A stretch of DNA of 32,000 nt, taken from the NCBI RefSeq assembly GCF_000008465.1, contig NC_006512.1:1110001-1142000 (forward strand), given 5' to 3'. The position numbers and the translations under genes were made by a program. The notes below the pieces were generated by a model that was given only the letters and a program-made list of their open reading frames with translations, was not told where the DNA came from and did no database searches. This DNA is from Idiomarina loihiensis L2TR (GTDB lineage: Bacteria > Pseudomonadota > Gammaproteobacteria > Enterobacterales > Alteromonadaceae). Below, in pieces: positions 17,932 to 26,484 of the stretch. Position 1 is the stretch's first letter; each line of letters starts with the position of its first letter.

Positions 17932-19272
17932 TTAGCCTTCTTTCTCAATCTTAGTGAGACAGTCACGCAGCACCGGGCCATATTCGTACTTCCCGGGGCA
18001 AACATAAGTGCACAATGCGAGGTCTTCCTCGTCCAGTTCCAGACAACCTAGTTGCTGACCTTCATCAGTATCCCCTGACAACAAGTCACGTAGCAGTAAT
18101 GTTGGCAGAATGTCCAAAGGCATTACGCGTTCGTAGTTACCAATTGGAACCATTGAACGTGAAGAACCATTCAGTGACGTTGTCATGCTGAATAACTTCT
18201 TCGGATTAAAGTGTCCGGCATAAGCACGTGTTACTGAGTGCAAGTCAGAGCCCGGGCGTATCCAGCCCAAAAACTCTTTATAATTGCCTTCCGGAATAAC
18301 ACTAACCTGATTGTGAAAACGACCTAACCAGGCATGCTCGTCATCCGCAGTGTGACCATGCAGGACTGACCCTGAGATAATACGTTGATTATCACCACTT
18401 AGCTCACCATCCGTTAACTCATGCAAGTTAGCACCTAAGCGAGTACGCAGTAGACGAGGTTCTTTCACACCTTCTCCGGCAACGGAGACAACGCGGTCAG
18501 TAAAGATTTCACCTGTAGTGAATAACTTACCGTAAGCTATAACGTCCTGATAACCTATGTGCCATACCGGGCGTTTGATGCTAGCAGGCTGAAGGAAGTG
18601 TATATGAGTACCAACCAAACCTGATGGGTGAGGGCCTGAAAATGACTCCAGCGTGACATCTGCGTCACCAGTATCCACTTCAGCATTACCCTCTTTACAA
18701 ACAAACAACTTACCTTCGGTCAGGTTAGAAAGAACCTTCAGACCATCAATGAAAGCTTGTTTCTGTTCATTTATAAATAAAGTTGGGTCACCAGCTAATG
18801 GGTTAGAATCCATCGCGTTAACAAAAATCGCGCTGGCTTCTGCATCTAATGCCGGAGACTTACTATAAGGACGGGTACGAAGAGCTGTCCATTGACCAGA
18901 CTCAACCAAAATGTCCTGAACTTTCTCACGACCTAATGAGTTAAGCTTGTCGCTGTCAAATTTGTCAAAAGTAACTTGCTCGTCACCTTTCAGCTCAATA
19001 ACAACCGCCTGCAACACTCGACGCTCACCACGCAGGATGTCTTTTACTACACCAGCACCAGGGGCTGTGTACTTGACACCAGGGTTTTTCTTATCCTCGA
19101 AAATCAGCTGACCTTTCTTAACCTGGTCACCTTCTTTCACGTGCATGGTTGGGCGCATACCCACGTATTCTTCACCTAGGGTAGCAACTGTCGTCACAGC
19201 CTTACCGTCGGATAATTCTTGCTGGGGCGCCCCTTTTATAGGGATGTCCAGCCCTTTCTTGATCGTAATCAT
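17932..19272 (-). CDS. nqrA: Na+-NQR subunit A
   Basis: The family N-terminus [13 protein letters not shown] begins at ATG 19272. The track start at 19284 is an upstream GTG that adds MQTH. The stop lies 2 nt before the nqrB start. Confidence 0.93.
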   Translation of the reverse strand: MITIKKGLDIPIKGAPQQELSDGKAVTTVATLGEEYVGMRPTMHVKEGDQVKKGQLIFEDKKNPGVKYTAPGAGVVKDILRGERRVLQAVVIELKGDEQVTFDKFDSDKLNSLGREKVQDILVESGQWTALRTRPYSKSPALDAEASAIFVNAMDSNPLAGDPTLFINEQKQAFIDGLKVLSNLTEGKLFVCKEGNAEVDTGDADVTLESFSGPHPSGLVGTHIHFLQPASIKRPVWHIGYQDVIAYGKLFTTGEIFTDRVVSVAGEGVKEPRLLRTRLGANLHELTDGELSGDNQRIISGSVLHGHTADDEHAWLGRFHNQVSVIPEGNYKEFLGWIRPGSDLHSVTRAYAGHFNPKKLFSMTTSLNGSSRSMVPIGNYERVMPLDILPTLLLRDLLSGDTDEGQQLGCLELDEEDLALCTYVCPGKYEYGPVLRDCLTKIEKEG

Positions 19273-19422
19273 ATGCGTTTGCACTACTCGTTAAGGGAAG
19301 ATTCATCACAACCAGCCACCAGGACTGGAAACCTGAATAATCAAATAGTTACCGACACAAACAACCGCCTTCAGGGGGCTTGTCATCGGCAACCTGAAAC
19401 ATTTTCCACACTTATCGTTGGG

Positions 19423-19431
19423 ATTTTAGCA
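19423..19431 (-). promoter_or_regulatory. Candidate extended -10 promoter element for the nqr operon
   Basis: The minus strand reads TGcTAAAAT (TGn + TAAAAT), about 150 nt upstream of the nqrA ATG and just downstream of the fabV stop. I found no convincing -35 box, as expected for extended -10 promoters. This is a sequence match only. Confidence 0.25.
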
Positions 19432-19446
19432 TTTTTCCCACAACGC

Positions 19447-20625
19447 TTACCAGTTTACTTTTGGATCAATATCCGCGTCATAATCGACATTATCGAAGCC
19501 AAAACCGAATAAATGCAGGAACTCCTGATGATATCCTTCGTAATCGGCAAGCTGATGGAAGTTGTCCTGAGTGACTTGCTCCCAAAGGGCTTCTATTTTC
19601 GCTTGAGTCTTATCGTTAGTTTCGTAACCGTCCATGTGCAGTCGACCTGCTTCGTCAAGCTCAGGGTTACTATTATATAAACCTTCGGTAAACAGCCGAT
19701 AAATCTGTTCGATGCAACCTTCGTGCGTGCCTTCTTCTTTCATGACTTTATAAATTAATGAAATATAAAGAGGCATAACAGGAATTGCCGAACTGGCTTG
19801 TGTTACCAACGCCTTTAATGAAGAAACGTAAGCTTTCAGATTAAGATCATCGCACTCGGCGACAAGTTCTGATGCCGCACGATCAAGATCTTCTTTTGCA
19901 CGACCAATGGTTGCATGACCATAAATTGGCAATGTCAGTTTTTTACCTATGTAGGTATAAGCAGTGGTTTGGCAGTTTTCGGCCAGCACGCCTGCATTAT
20001 GCAGAGCTTTAACCCAGCGCTCCCAGTCTTCACCGCCCATGACTTTTACCGTATTGGCAATATCTTCATCAGTAGCCGGATCAAGTGTCACTTCGTGTAC
20101 CTGATCTTTGTCCGTATTGTAGGTTTTAGTTGTGTATTGTTTGCCTATTGGCTTTAACACTGAACTGTAGACTTCGCCGCTATCGGGGTCTTTACGTTTA
20201 GGTGATGCCAGGCTGTAAACAACGAGGTCAATTTTTCCCATGTTTTGTTTAATGTAGTCGATACTTTCCTGTTTAATTTCATCAGAAAATGCATCGCCAT
20301 TAATTGAATGGAAAGCCAAACCAGCTTTGTTCGCTTCTTGATGAAAAGCGGCAGTATTATACCAACCAGCTGTCGCTGTTTTCTTTTCCGTAGGCTCTTT
20401 CTCAAAACAAACACCGAGAGTATGAGCTTCGCTGCCAAAGGCAGCAGTAATTCTTGAGGCAAGTCCGTAACCTGTGGAGCAACCTATGACGAGAACATTC
20501 TTAGGGCCATTGGTGATGGCAGGTTTATTACGGACAAATTCGATTTGACGTTTGACGTTTTCGGCACAACCCACCGGATGAGAATTGGTGCAGATAAAAC
20601 CGCGAATTTTTGGCTTAATGATCAT
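19447..20625 (-). CDS. fabV: Enoyl-ACP reductase FabV (trans-2-enoyl-CoA reductase family)
   Basis: N-terminus MIIKPKIRGFICTNSHPVGC, nucleotide-binding VLVIGCSTGYGLASRI, and a size of about 390-400 aa typical of FabV. Confidence 0.92.
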   Translation of the reverse strand: MIIKPKIRGFICTNSHPVGCAENVKRQIEFVRNKPAITNGPKNVLVIGCSTGYGLASRITAAFGSEAHTLGVCFEKEPTEKKTATAGWYNTAAFHQEANKAGLAFHSINGDAFSDEIKQESIDYIKQNMGKIDLVVYSLASPKRKDPDSGEVYSSVLKPIGKQYTTKTYNTDKDQVHEVTLDPATDEDIANTVKVMGGEDWERWVKALHNAGVLAENCQTTAYTYIGKKLTLPIYGHATIGRAKEDLDRAASELVAECDDLNLKAYVSSLKALVTQASSAIPVMPLYISLIYKVMKEEGTHEGCIEQIYRLFTEGLYNSNPELDEAGRLHMDGYETNDKTQAKIEALWEQVTQDNFHQLADYEGYHQEFLHLFGFGFDNVDYDADIDPKVNW

Positions 20626-20709
20626 ATTGATGTATCCCTGTTGTTCGCATTATTTTGGCTATTGTAACCAATCAAACCACAGGAACACATCAGACATGCG
20701 TAATTTTTC

Positions 20710-21030
20710 TTAATTTGCCGCTATTTTCGACCCACCCAGACAGTTCGGTGAACGTCTGGACTCTCCCAATTGCTCCCACTCACCTTGGGTATAGGTGTGT
20801 AACGCCAGTGCATGGATATGATTCATTAGTTCATCCGCTAAAATTTTATTAACCGCACGGTGACGGTTAATAAGTCTCTCTCCACTGAACTTAGGGGTCA
20901 CTAAGACCACTTTAAAGTGAGATTCAGCATTAGCTCCGCCTGAATGCATATGACTTTCATCCGCGACTTCCAGATGTACTGGAGTAAACGCTTCCCGCAA
21001 TTTATTTTCAATATCTAGCCCAATAGACAT
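20710..21030 (-). CDS. bolA: BolA family transcriptional regulator / Fe-S-linked morphoprotein
   Basis: The translation is collinear with E. coli BolA: IENKLREAF.PVHLEV.DES..H, ESHFKVVLV...F.GER.INRHR, and HALALHTYT..EWE. SD GAGGGGGA lies upstream. Confidence 0.9.
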   Translation of the reverse strand: MSIGLDIENKLREAFTPVHLEVADESHMHSGGANAESHFKVVLVTPKFSGERLINRHRAVNKILADELMNHIHALALHTYTQGEWEQLGESRRSPNCLGGSKIAAN

Positions 21031-21075
21031 AACGACTCCCCCTCTGCGTTCGCCTCTAATCTTCAGTTTAGTTTA

Positions 21076-21105
21076 CTTATACTGAATCGCAGAAATTTTT
21101 TTCAA
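21076..21105 (-). promoter_or_regulatory. Candidate sigma70/sigmaS-type promoter of bolA
   Basis: The minus strand reads TTGAAA (21100..21105), then an 18-nt spacer, then TATAAG (21076..21081). This lies about 45 nt upstream of the bolA ATG. Confidence 0.35.
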
Positions 21106-21146
21106 AAACTTGCTAACTCTACGAATTTTCGGAGAATAAAGTTTGC

Positions 21147-21623
21147 TCAATATTCAGAGTCATCGACTGCTGCATGACACACTTCATCAATGGCGGATAA
21201 GCTGACGACAGCAGGAAAAACGGCATCAACCACTTCGCCTTTAGAAGCCTTTGCTGGTTTAACCAAATGATAGCGTTGTGCACTGACATTTCCTTCTGCC
21301 TGCCAGAGTAAAACATCGGTTTGTTTGAAAAGCTTTGATAAAGCATTTATGCCCTCGCTTCTGTGCGGCGGAAACGCCGTACTTTCCCCCGATAGGCGCC
21401 AGCCTCTGAGTTCGGCTTCCGATGCCAGCAAAGCCTCATTAATGCGGTTACGGCAAAAACTAAGCTCAATCGTTGCCCGGCTCAGTTGCCAGTTATTATT
21501 AGGCAGTAACTGTTCGTCCAGAGCTTTGACTTCAGCACTGTGCAAATCGGTTGTACCTTCCTGCCCGCAGCCACTAAGAACGGCGAGGAATAACCCTGCC
21601 ACCAAAAAATTTTTAAAAGCCAT
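21147..21623 (-). CDS. Hypothetical lipoprotein (158 aa), family not recognised
   Basis: Strong SD (GGAGG) and a clean lipoprotein signal MAFKNFLVAGLFLAVLSGC|GQEG. No motif I can assign. Two further Cys residues (LSFCRNR, DEVCHAAV) could form a periplasmic disulfide. Confidence 0.65.
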   Translation of the reverse strand: MAFKNFLVAGLFLAVLSGCGQEGTTDLHSAEVKALDEQLLPNNNWQLSRATIELSFCRNRINEALLASEAELRGWRLSGESTAFPPHRSEGINALSKLFKQTDVLLWQAEGNVSAQRYHLVKPAKASKGEVVDAVFPAVVSLSAIDEVCHAAVDDSEY

Positions 21624-21739
21624 AAGGAAACCTCCAAGGCTGGATATTATAACTGAAAAGCGCAGATAAACCGTTGTCTTAGTGTTAAAATTTCTGGCAG
21701 TATAGAACGTAATTTGTCATAGGGATTCAAATCAGTTTC

Positions 21740-23050
21740 ATGTCATCCATCTCATTTTTTCGTAACACACTTATTGCTGGTGGTCTTAGCTTACTCATGA
21801 CCCCTTCTGCGCTTAGCTCCGTATGGATTGAAGCAAATGATGCGGAATTGCGGAACAGCTTGATTGTATTAGCTGAATCAGGGCTTATCAAAACACCCAT
21901 TCAGCAATTTCCAATAACCTGGAAAAGCTTACTGCCGGAGTTGGATGCGCTTGAATTAAAAGGTTTGAGCCCAACCCAGCAATTAGCATTACGCCATGTG
22001 CGTCATCAATTATCACAAGCTCAGAATGGGCCTAAAACACGATGGTATATCGGTGCAACGGATAGCGAGCAGGTAGTTCAGGATTACGGCGACGACACCT
22101 ATGAGGAAGGCAAAATTAGCCTAAGTCGCAGTATGCACGGTACAAACTGGGCGGCAAGAATTCAGGTAAACTATCGTCAGGACCCCTTTGAAGGTGATCA
22201 CAAAAAGACTCTGGATGGCAGTTACTTAGCTTACAACCTGAATGACTGGAGCTTCAGTCTGGACTCACTGCCACTGCGTTGGGGGCCGGCAGAGCACAGC
22301 AGCTTGCTGTTTTCTAACAATGCACGCCCTATGCCTAAAATTCGAATCGATTACGCTCCTGATTATCCACCAGCCGGAATGAATCCATTCAAAATCAGTT
22401 TATTCAGCGCCTATCAGGACGACGGATACAGCGACCATTACCGGGTTAACGGCATCCGCTTCTCCAGTCAGTTATTTCAACATTTATGGTTCGGCATTAG
22501 CGCCATTGAGCAGAGCGGCGACAACCGCCCCGACAACCGGATGTTGACCGCCGATGCCAGAACCGGTTTCGACTGGGGGACTCATCAGTTTTCAGCTTAC
22601 GCAGAACTGGGTATTGACCGAAAACTGGAAACCGACGACAAACCGGTATATACCCTGGGCGCACAATGGATGACAGGCTCTAAAGAACGTCGTCATAGCT
22701 TCACGGTTGAATACAGTCAGTTAGACGGCGGAGAAGAACACGACTTTTATTCGCTGGACGAAAATCAAAGACAATACTTTCTGAACCACCAGCGTAATCC
22801 CGGCTCGCCTTTCCCCCGTGAGAGTCAGACTGTATCTGCCAGCTATCGCCAGTTTTCAGCCGACGGTTCTGCCTGGACGGCGCTGGTCAGTCATAGTAAA
22901 GAAAAAGACGATGACACTCTGTCACGGGCTTTACTGCGGCGCACTGAACCTGCTTTTTCGGGGTTAGTTAAACTCTCTCTGCAATACCTTGACGGCAGCA
23001 ATTACGACGGCGAAGTGGGCGTTCAATTGAGTGGAGAATGGCGCTTTTAA
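21740..23050 (+). CDS. Wzi-family (capsule assembly/anchoring lectin-like) outer-membrane beta-barrel protein
   Basis: A signal peptide is followed by the Wzi N-terminal helical motif NDAELRNSLIVLAESGLI....PITW (compare E. coli Wzi NDLRNDLAWLSDRGVI...TWPLS). The barrel motif RWGPAEHSSLLFSNNARPMP compares with WWGPGYEGSLIRGDAMRPM. The C-terminus ends ...GEWRF, an aromatic OMP terminus. Confidence 0.75.
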   Translation: MSSISFFRNTLIAGGLSLLMTPSALSSVWIEANDAELRNSLIVLAESGLIKTPIQQFPITWKSLLPELDALELKGLSPTQQLALRHVRHQLSQAQNGPKTRWYIGATDSEQVVQDYGDDTYEEGKISLSRSMHGTNWAARIQVNYRQDPFEGDHKKTLDGSYLAYNLNDWSFSLDSLPLRWGPAEHSSLLFSNNARPMPKIRIDYAPDYPPAGMNPFKISLFSAYQDDGYSDHYRVNGIRFSSQLFQHLWFGISAIEQSGDNRPDNRMLTADARTGFDWGTHQFSAYAELGIDRKLETDDKPVYTLGAQWMTGSKERRHSFTVEYSQLDGGEEHDFYSLDENQRQYFLNHQRNPGSPFPRESQTVSASYRQFSADGSAWTALVSHSKEKDDDTLSRALLRRTEPAFSGLVKLSLQYLDGSNYDGEVGVQLSGEWRF

Positions 23051-23601
23051 CGCGCCAGCTTCTGCCCTACTCCCAGGCTGATGGTGTCCATAACATTAAG
23101 CCAGGCTTCATCCAGAGCATTGACTAACGCAGGATAGCCGTCACTTTTCAACGGCGTGCTTTCAGTAAAGGTTCCTTTCAACACCGTCTGGCTATCCTGA
23201 CTTTTATACTCCCAGTGACCCGCAACAACGGCCCGTGAGTCATTACTTCCATAAAAATCGTCAACCCAAACCGTTAGCTTGCCTTCACAATTGTCAGCCA
23301 GCAAAAGGCGCTGAACACTACGCTGAAGTTGATGCGCCAGAGGCGTACTCCAACGGTGCTGCCGGGCACTATGCCAGCGGGTTTCATCCTGCTGTAGCTG
23401 CAACCCGGGTTTCGCCGCTGAATCACCCACAAATACAGGACGCTTATCCGCATGACACAAGGCTTCCGCGGACTCACTCAAATGTGGAAGTCGATATTGC
23501 GTTATCTCATATGAGTTAGAGGAACACCCGGCGAGCAACGCAATTGCTGCACCAGTAACAAACGGCTTGAGTATTTTTGGAAAAGAATATCTGCTATTCA
23601 T
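23047..23601 (-). CDS. pqiC: Membrane-integrity-associated transporter lipoprotein PqiC (YmbA)
   Basis: Lipobox LLAGC|SS followed by YRLP, like the YmbA YQLP. The size (184 aa) and position after pqiB, with an 8-nt overlap, are canonical. Confidence 0.8.
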   Translation of the reverse strand: MNSRYSFPKILKPFVTGAAIALLAGCSSNSYEITQYRLPHLSESAEALCHADKRPVFVGDSAAKPGLQLQQDETRWHSARQHRWSTPLAHQLQRSVQRLLLADNCEGKLTVWVDDFYGSNDSRAVVAGHWEYKSQDSQTVLKGTFTESTPLKSDGYPALVNALDEAWLNVMDTISLGVGQKLAR

Positions 23602-25234
23602 AAGCTTTCGGCTCCGGATCGGGCTCTATAGATGGGCTAAAAATAAGCGAGTTCGGCTGTTCCTGTAACAACTCAATTACCGGTTTTAACTCACGTGAGA
23701 GCTGCTCAATTTCAGTTAACGTTTGATTCAGCTGCTGTCGTGTCGGGGAACCTTCATTAAAACTGCCGGTAAGCTCTTTCAGCTGAATAAGATTTTGCTG
23801 CAATAACTGAGGCAATTGCTTCATTTGTGGTTGCTCAACAATAGCCGCCAAACTTTCCGACACACTATCAAGCTTCCTGGCCGTACTGTCGACCGAACTC
23901 ATCGCTGCCGAAAAGTCATTAAGTCCCTGCTCCAGTGGCAACTGATTGAACTTATCCAATAGCGCCGTTAACTTTTCTTCCAGTCGAGTGAAGTCACTAG
24001 CCATTGCCGGCATAACCGGGTATCCGGCAAATATATCGTCGCCACTTTTCTCACCAGCGTTCGGATAAAAGCGAACATCGACAAATAAGGTATTGGTTAA
24101 CAAGTTAGAGGCTCGGATATTCGCTCTTAAACCCTGCTTAAATAATTCTGGCAAACGTCTTTCCCAGTTTTCAATATCGGTATCGGCCACCAACCCTCTT
24201 AGGCGCTCAGGTTCAAAGCGAATAAGAATGGGAATACGTTTTAAAGGAGCTTCATCACCGTTTTCCGGGAACCAACGCAGCGGCACCTCTCTTACCGTAC
24301 CAACACGCACCCCTTTAAATTGAACAGGAGCTCCTTTTTCAAGACCCGCAATAGACTCATCCAGTAAAACAACGTAATCAATACCGTGAATATAGCCTTG
24401 CTGTTTTGCTTCCTCCAGACTTTCAAACAGCTCAAACTCCTGTTCACTGGTAAGCTTATCCCCCCGTGGCTGTCCTTCAGGAACACCAAAAGTCACACTG
24501 GCTCCCAATAGGGACTCGATGGAGCCCAAAGCCAAGTCCAGTCCCTGAGAATTCCACTGAATAGAAACGCCCCGCTGCAACCAGAACCGCGTATTTTCGG
24601 TAATAAGCTCATCATAAGGAGCCTTTACAAAAATTTGATATCGAGTTTGTCGTTCATCGACCTGAAACTCCGACTGCTCTACCTGACCAACGGTGAAACC
24701 TTGATATTGCACTGAGTCACCTACTGTTACGCTGGTTTGCCCCTCGCTGGTCAAATTTAACCGGCGCCCTGGAGTTTCCTGAGAAGTAACAGGTGGCTGT
24801 TCCAGTGCTTTAAAATGCGACTGCTGCTCCTTAGAGTCTCCTGGCTGCAAACGAATATAAGCACCTGATAGTAAAGTTCCCAACCCGCTAATTCCCTGTC
24901 GTCCAATTCTGGGTTTTACTACCCAAATTCGGGTCTCCGGGTTTAACATTCGCTCGGTGCCTTCGTTCATCGCCACTTCTATAACAGCCGAAGAAAAGTC
25001 TTCCGACAGGCGCACTTCAGTAACCTGTCCGACGTCTACGTTACGAACTTTCACCTGAGTTTTTCCGGCTTCGATGCCTTCCGCGTCCCCTACCGCCACA
25101 GTAATAGTGGGCCCGGTTCCGCGCGTATCCTGCCAAACCATCCAAAGCGCCACAGCAAGAGCCAGCAGCGGTACAATCCAGACCGGTGATATGCCGGAAA
25201 ATTTGCGGACCTTAGTCGTTGAACTCTCTGTCAT
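23594..25234 (-). CDS. pqiB: Intermembrane transport protein PqiB (three MCE domains plus C-terminal coiled coil)
   Basis: 546 aa, the same length as E. coli PqiB. It has an N-terminal TM helix (SPVWIVPLLALAVALWMVW), repeated MCE-like segments (G.PV.FKGV.VG.V) and a long helical C-terminus. ATGA overlap with pqiA. Confidence 0.9.
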   Translation of the reverse strand: MTESSTTKVRKFSGISPVWIVPLLALAVALWMVWQDTRGTGPTITVAVGDAEGIEAGKTQVKVRNVDVGQVTEVRLSEDFSSAVIEVAMNEGTERMLNPETRIWVVKPRIGRQGISGLGTLLSGAYIRLQPGDSKEQQSHFKALEQPPVTSQETPGRRLNLTSEGQTSVTVGDSVQYQGFTVGQVEQSEFQVDERQTRYQIFVKAPYDELITENTRFWLQRGVSIQWNSQGLDLALGSIESLLGASVTFGVPEGQPRGDKLTSEQEFELFESLEEAKQQGYIHGIDYVVLLDESIAGLEKGAPVQFKGVRVGTVREVPLRWFPENGDEAPLKRIPILIRFEPERLRGLVADTDIENWERRLPELFKQGLRANIRASNLLTNTLFVDVRFYPNAGEKSGDDIFAGYPVMPAMASDFTRLEEKLTALLDKFNQLPLEQGLNDFSAAMSSVDSTARKLDSVSESLAAIVEQPQMKQLPQLLQQNLIQLKELTGSFNEGSPTRQQLNQTLTEIEQLSRELKPVIELLQEQPNSLIFSPSIEPDPEPKAYE

Positions 25235-26484
25235 TTATCTGCCTCTCGCCAGAATAAGCGTGTATCAAAACTCATCGCTGCAAGCATAGTAAGAACCACA
25301 GCTGCCGCGAATGAAACCGCAGCACTGCCCGGGTAAACCGACATAACGGAACCACTACGAACCAAAGCTACCAGTATCGCAACAACAAAAATATCGATCA
25401 TTGACCAGCGCCCTATCCAGTCCGTCAGTTTGAATAAAATAAGACGGTGGCGAACCGTTTGCGGGGTTTGCCAGCGAGCTAATATTAGCAAAGTTATCAG
25501 CACCAGTACTTTAGCCACAGGTATAACCAGACTGGCGACAAAAACAATAGCCGCTATTGGTTTATCCCCACTTTGCCATAACTCCGTTACTCCGCCAATT
25601 ATGGTTGACGGTTGGTCGCTACCAAATCGGACGGTTTCCATAACCGGTAACCAATGCGCCGGAATTAACATAATAGCGCCGGCAGTAATTAACGCGACCG
25701 TTGTGCCTGGCCTACGCCACCAGGATGTTTTCTGTGGCTCTGTGCATTGGTAACAAGTATCAGCGTTCTGAGAATTCAGTGCATAACATACCGGGCAAGT
25801 CTGTAACCCTTGTTCAAATGCTGTCATTCCGGGTTGACCGTCAGGTGCTGACTGTGGCGTTTTAATCAAATGCCGCCAAACGGGTGTCTGTTTCACCCGC
25901 TCATAAACGAAAAGTAACAGCACAACAAAGGCGCTAAAGCTCCAGAAGCCCTCCAGTAAGCGAATATCTGCCAGGCTGGAGATCTTAACCAACGCCACCA
26001 AAGTGCCAAGCAGGAAAACGTCGGTCATTAACCAGGGTTTTAGATGTTCGGTTAAGCGCAGTAAATATAGACTACTTCGGTTTCGTGCTGCGTTTTTAGC
26101 ATGACTGTAAACCCAAATCAGGCTCACCAGGTAAATAAACGGAATGAGAATAACCGTTAAAAGAACTAACACAGCCAATACTTTTTCGTGAAAATAAGAA
26201 AGCTGCCACGCAGTGTCCAGTAGGGTCATTGACTGTTCAACACCGGCCGCAGAATAACGAATAAAGTCGACCGATAGACTGGCTAAAAGCATGACCAGAG
26301 CCGAGGTGGCTATTGCCACCAAAGTAAAATGCTTTGCTTTCTTACCATGCTCCAGAATGTACCCACAACGTGGGCATTCAGCTCGTTCATTCGCCGAAAG
26401 AACGACTCGTCGGCTTACCCAGTCGCATTGAGGGCAGCCGACAACATCATTCTTTTCGTTCTGCGTTATCCTGCTCGACGTCAT
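25231..26484 (-). CDS. pqiA: Paraquat-inducible protein A (PqiA), polytopic inner-membrane component
   Basis: 417 aa, the same length as E. coli PqiA. It has two repeated modules, each starting with a zinc-ribbon-like CxxC...CxxC (CPQCDW...CPRCG and CPVCYA...CYQC) followed by TM helices. Confidence 0.9.
   Translation of the reverse strand: MTSSRITQNEKNDVVGCPQCDWVSRRVVLSANERAECPRCGYILEHGKKAKHFTLVAIATSALVMLLASLSVDFIRYSAAGVEQSMTLLDTAWQLSYFHEKVLAVLVLLTVILIPFIYLVSLIWVYSHAKNAARNRSSLYLLRLTEHLKPWLMTDVFLLGTLVALVKISSLADIRLLEGFWSFSAFVVLLLFVYERVKQTPVWRHLIKTPQSAPDGQPGMTAFEQGLQTCPVCYALNSQNADTCYQCTEPQKTSWWRRPGTTVALITAGAIMLIPAHWLPVMETVRFGSDQPSTIIGGVTELWQSGDKPIAAIVFVASLVIPVAKVLVLITLLILARWQTPQTVRHRLILFKLTDWIGRWSMIDIFVVAILVALVRSGSVMSVYPGSAAVSFAAAVVLTMLAAMSFDTRLFWREADK

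Noticed and set aside
17492-17935. 147-aa + strand ORF inside nqrB. Similar antisense ORFs occur at 16734..17105, 3721..4140, 30869..31261 and 573..926.
   Set aside because: All lie fully within, and antisense to, strongly supported genes (nqrB, the symporter, fbpB/fbpC, the M17 peptidase). They have no recognisable motifs and are shadow ORFs.
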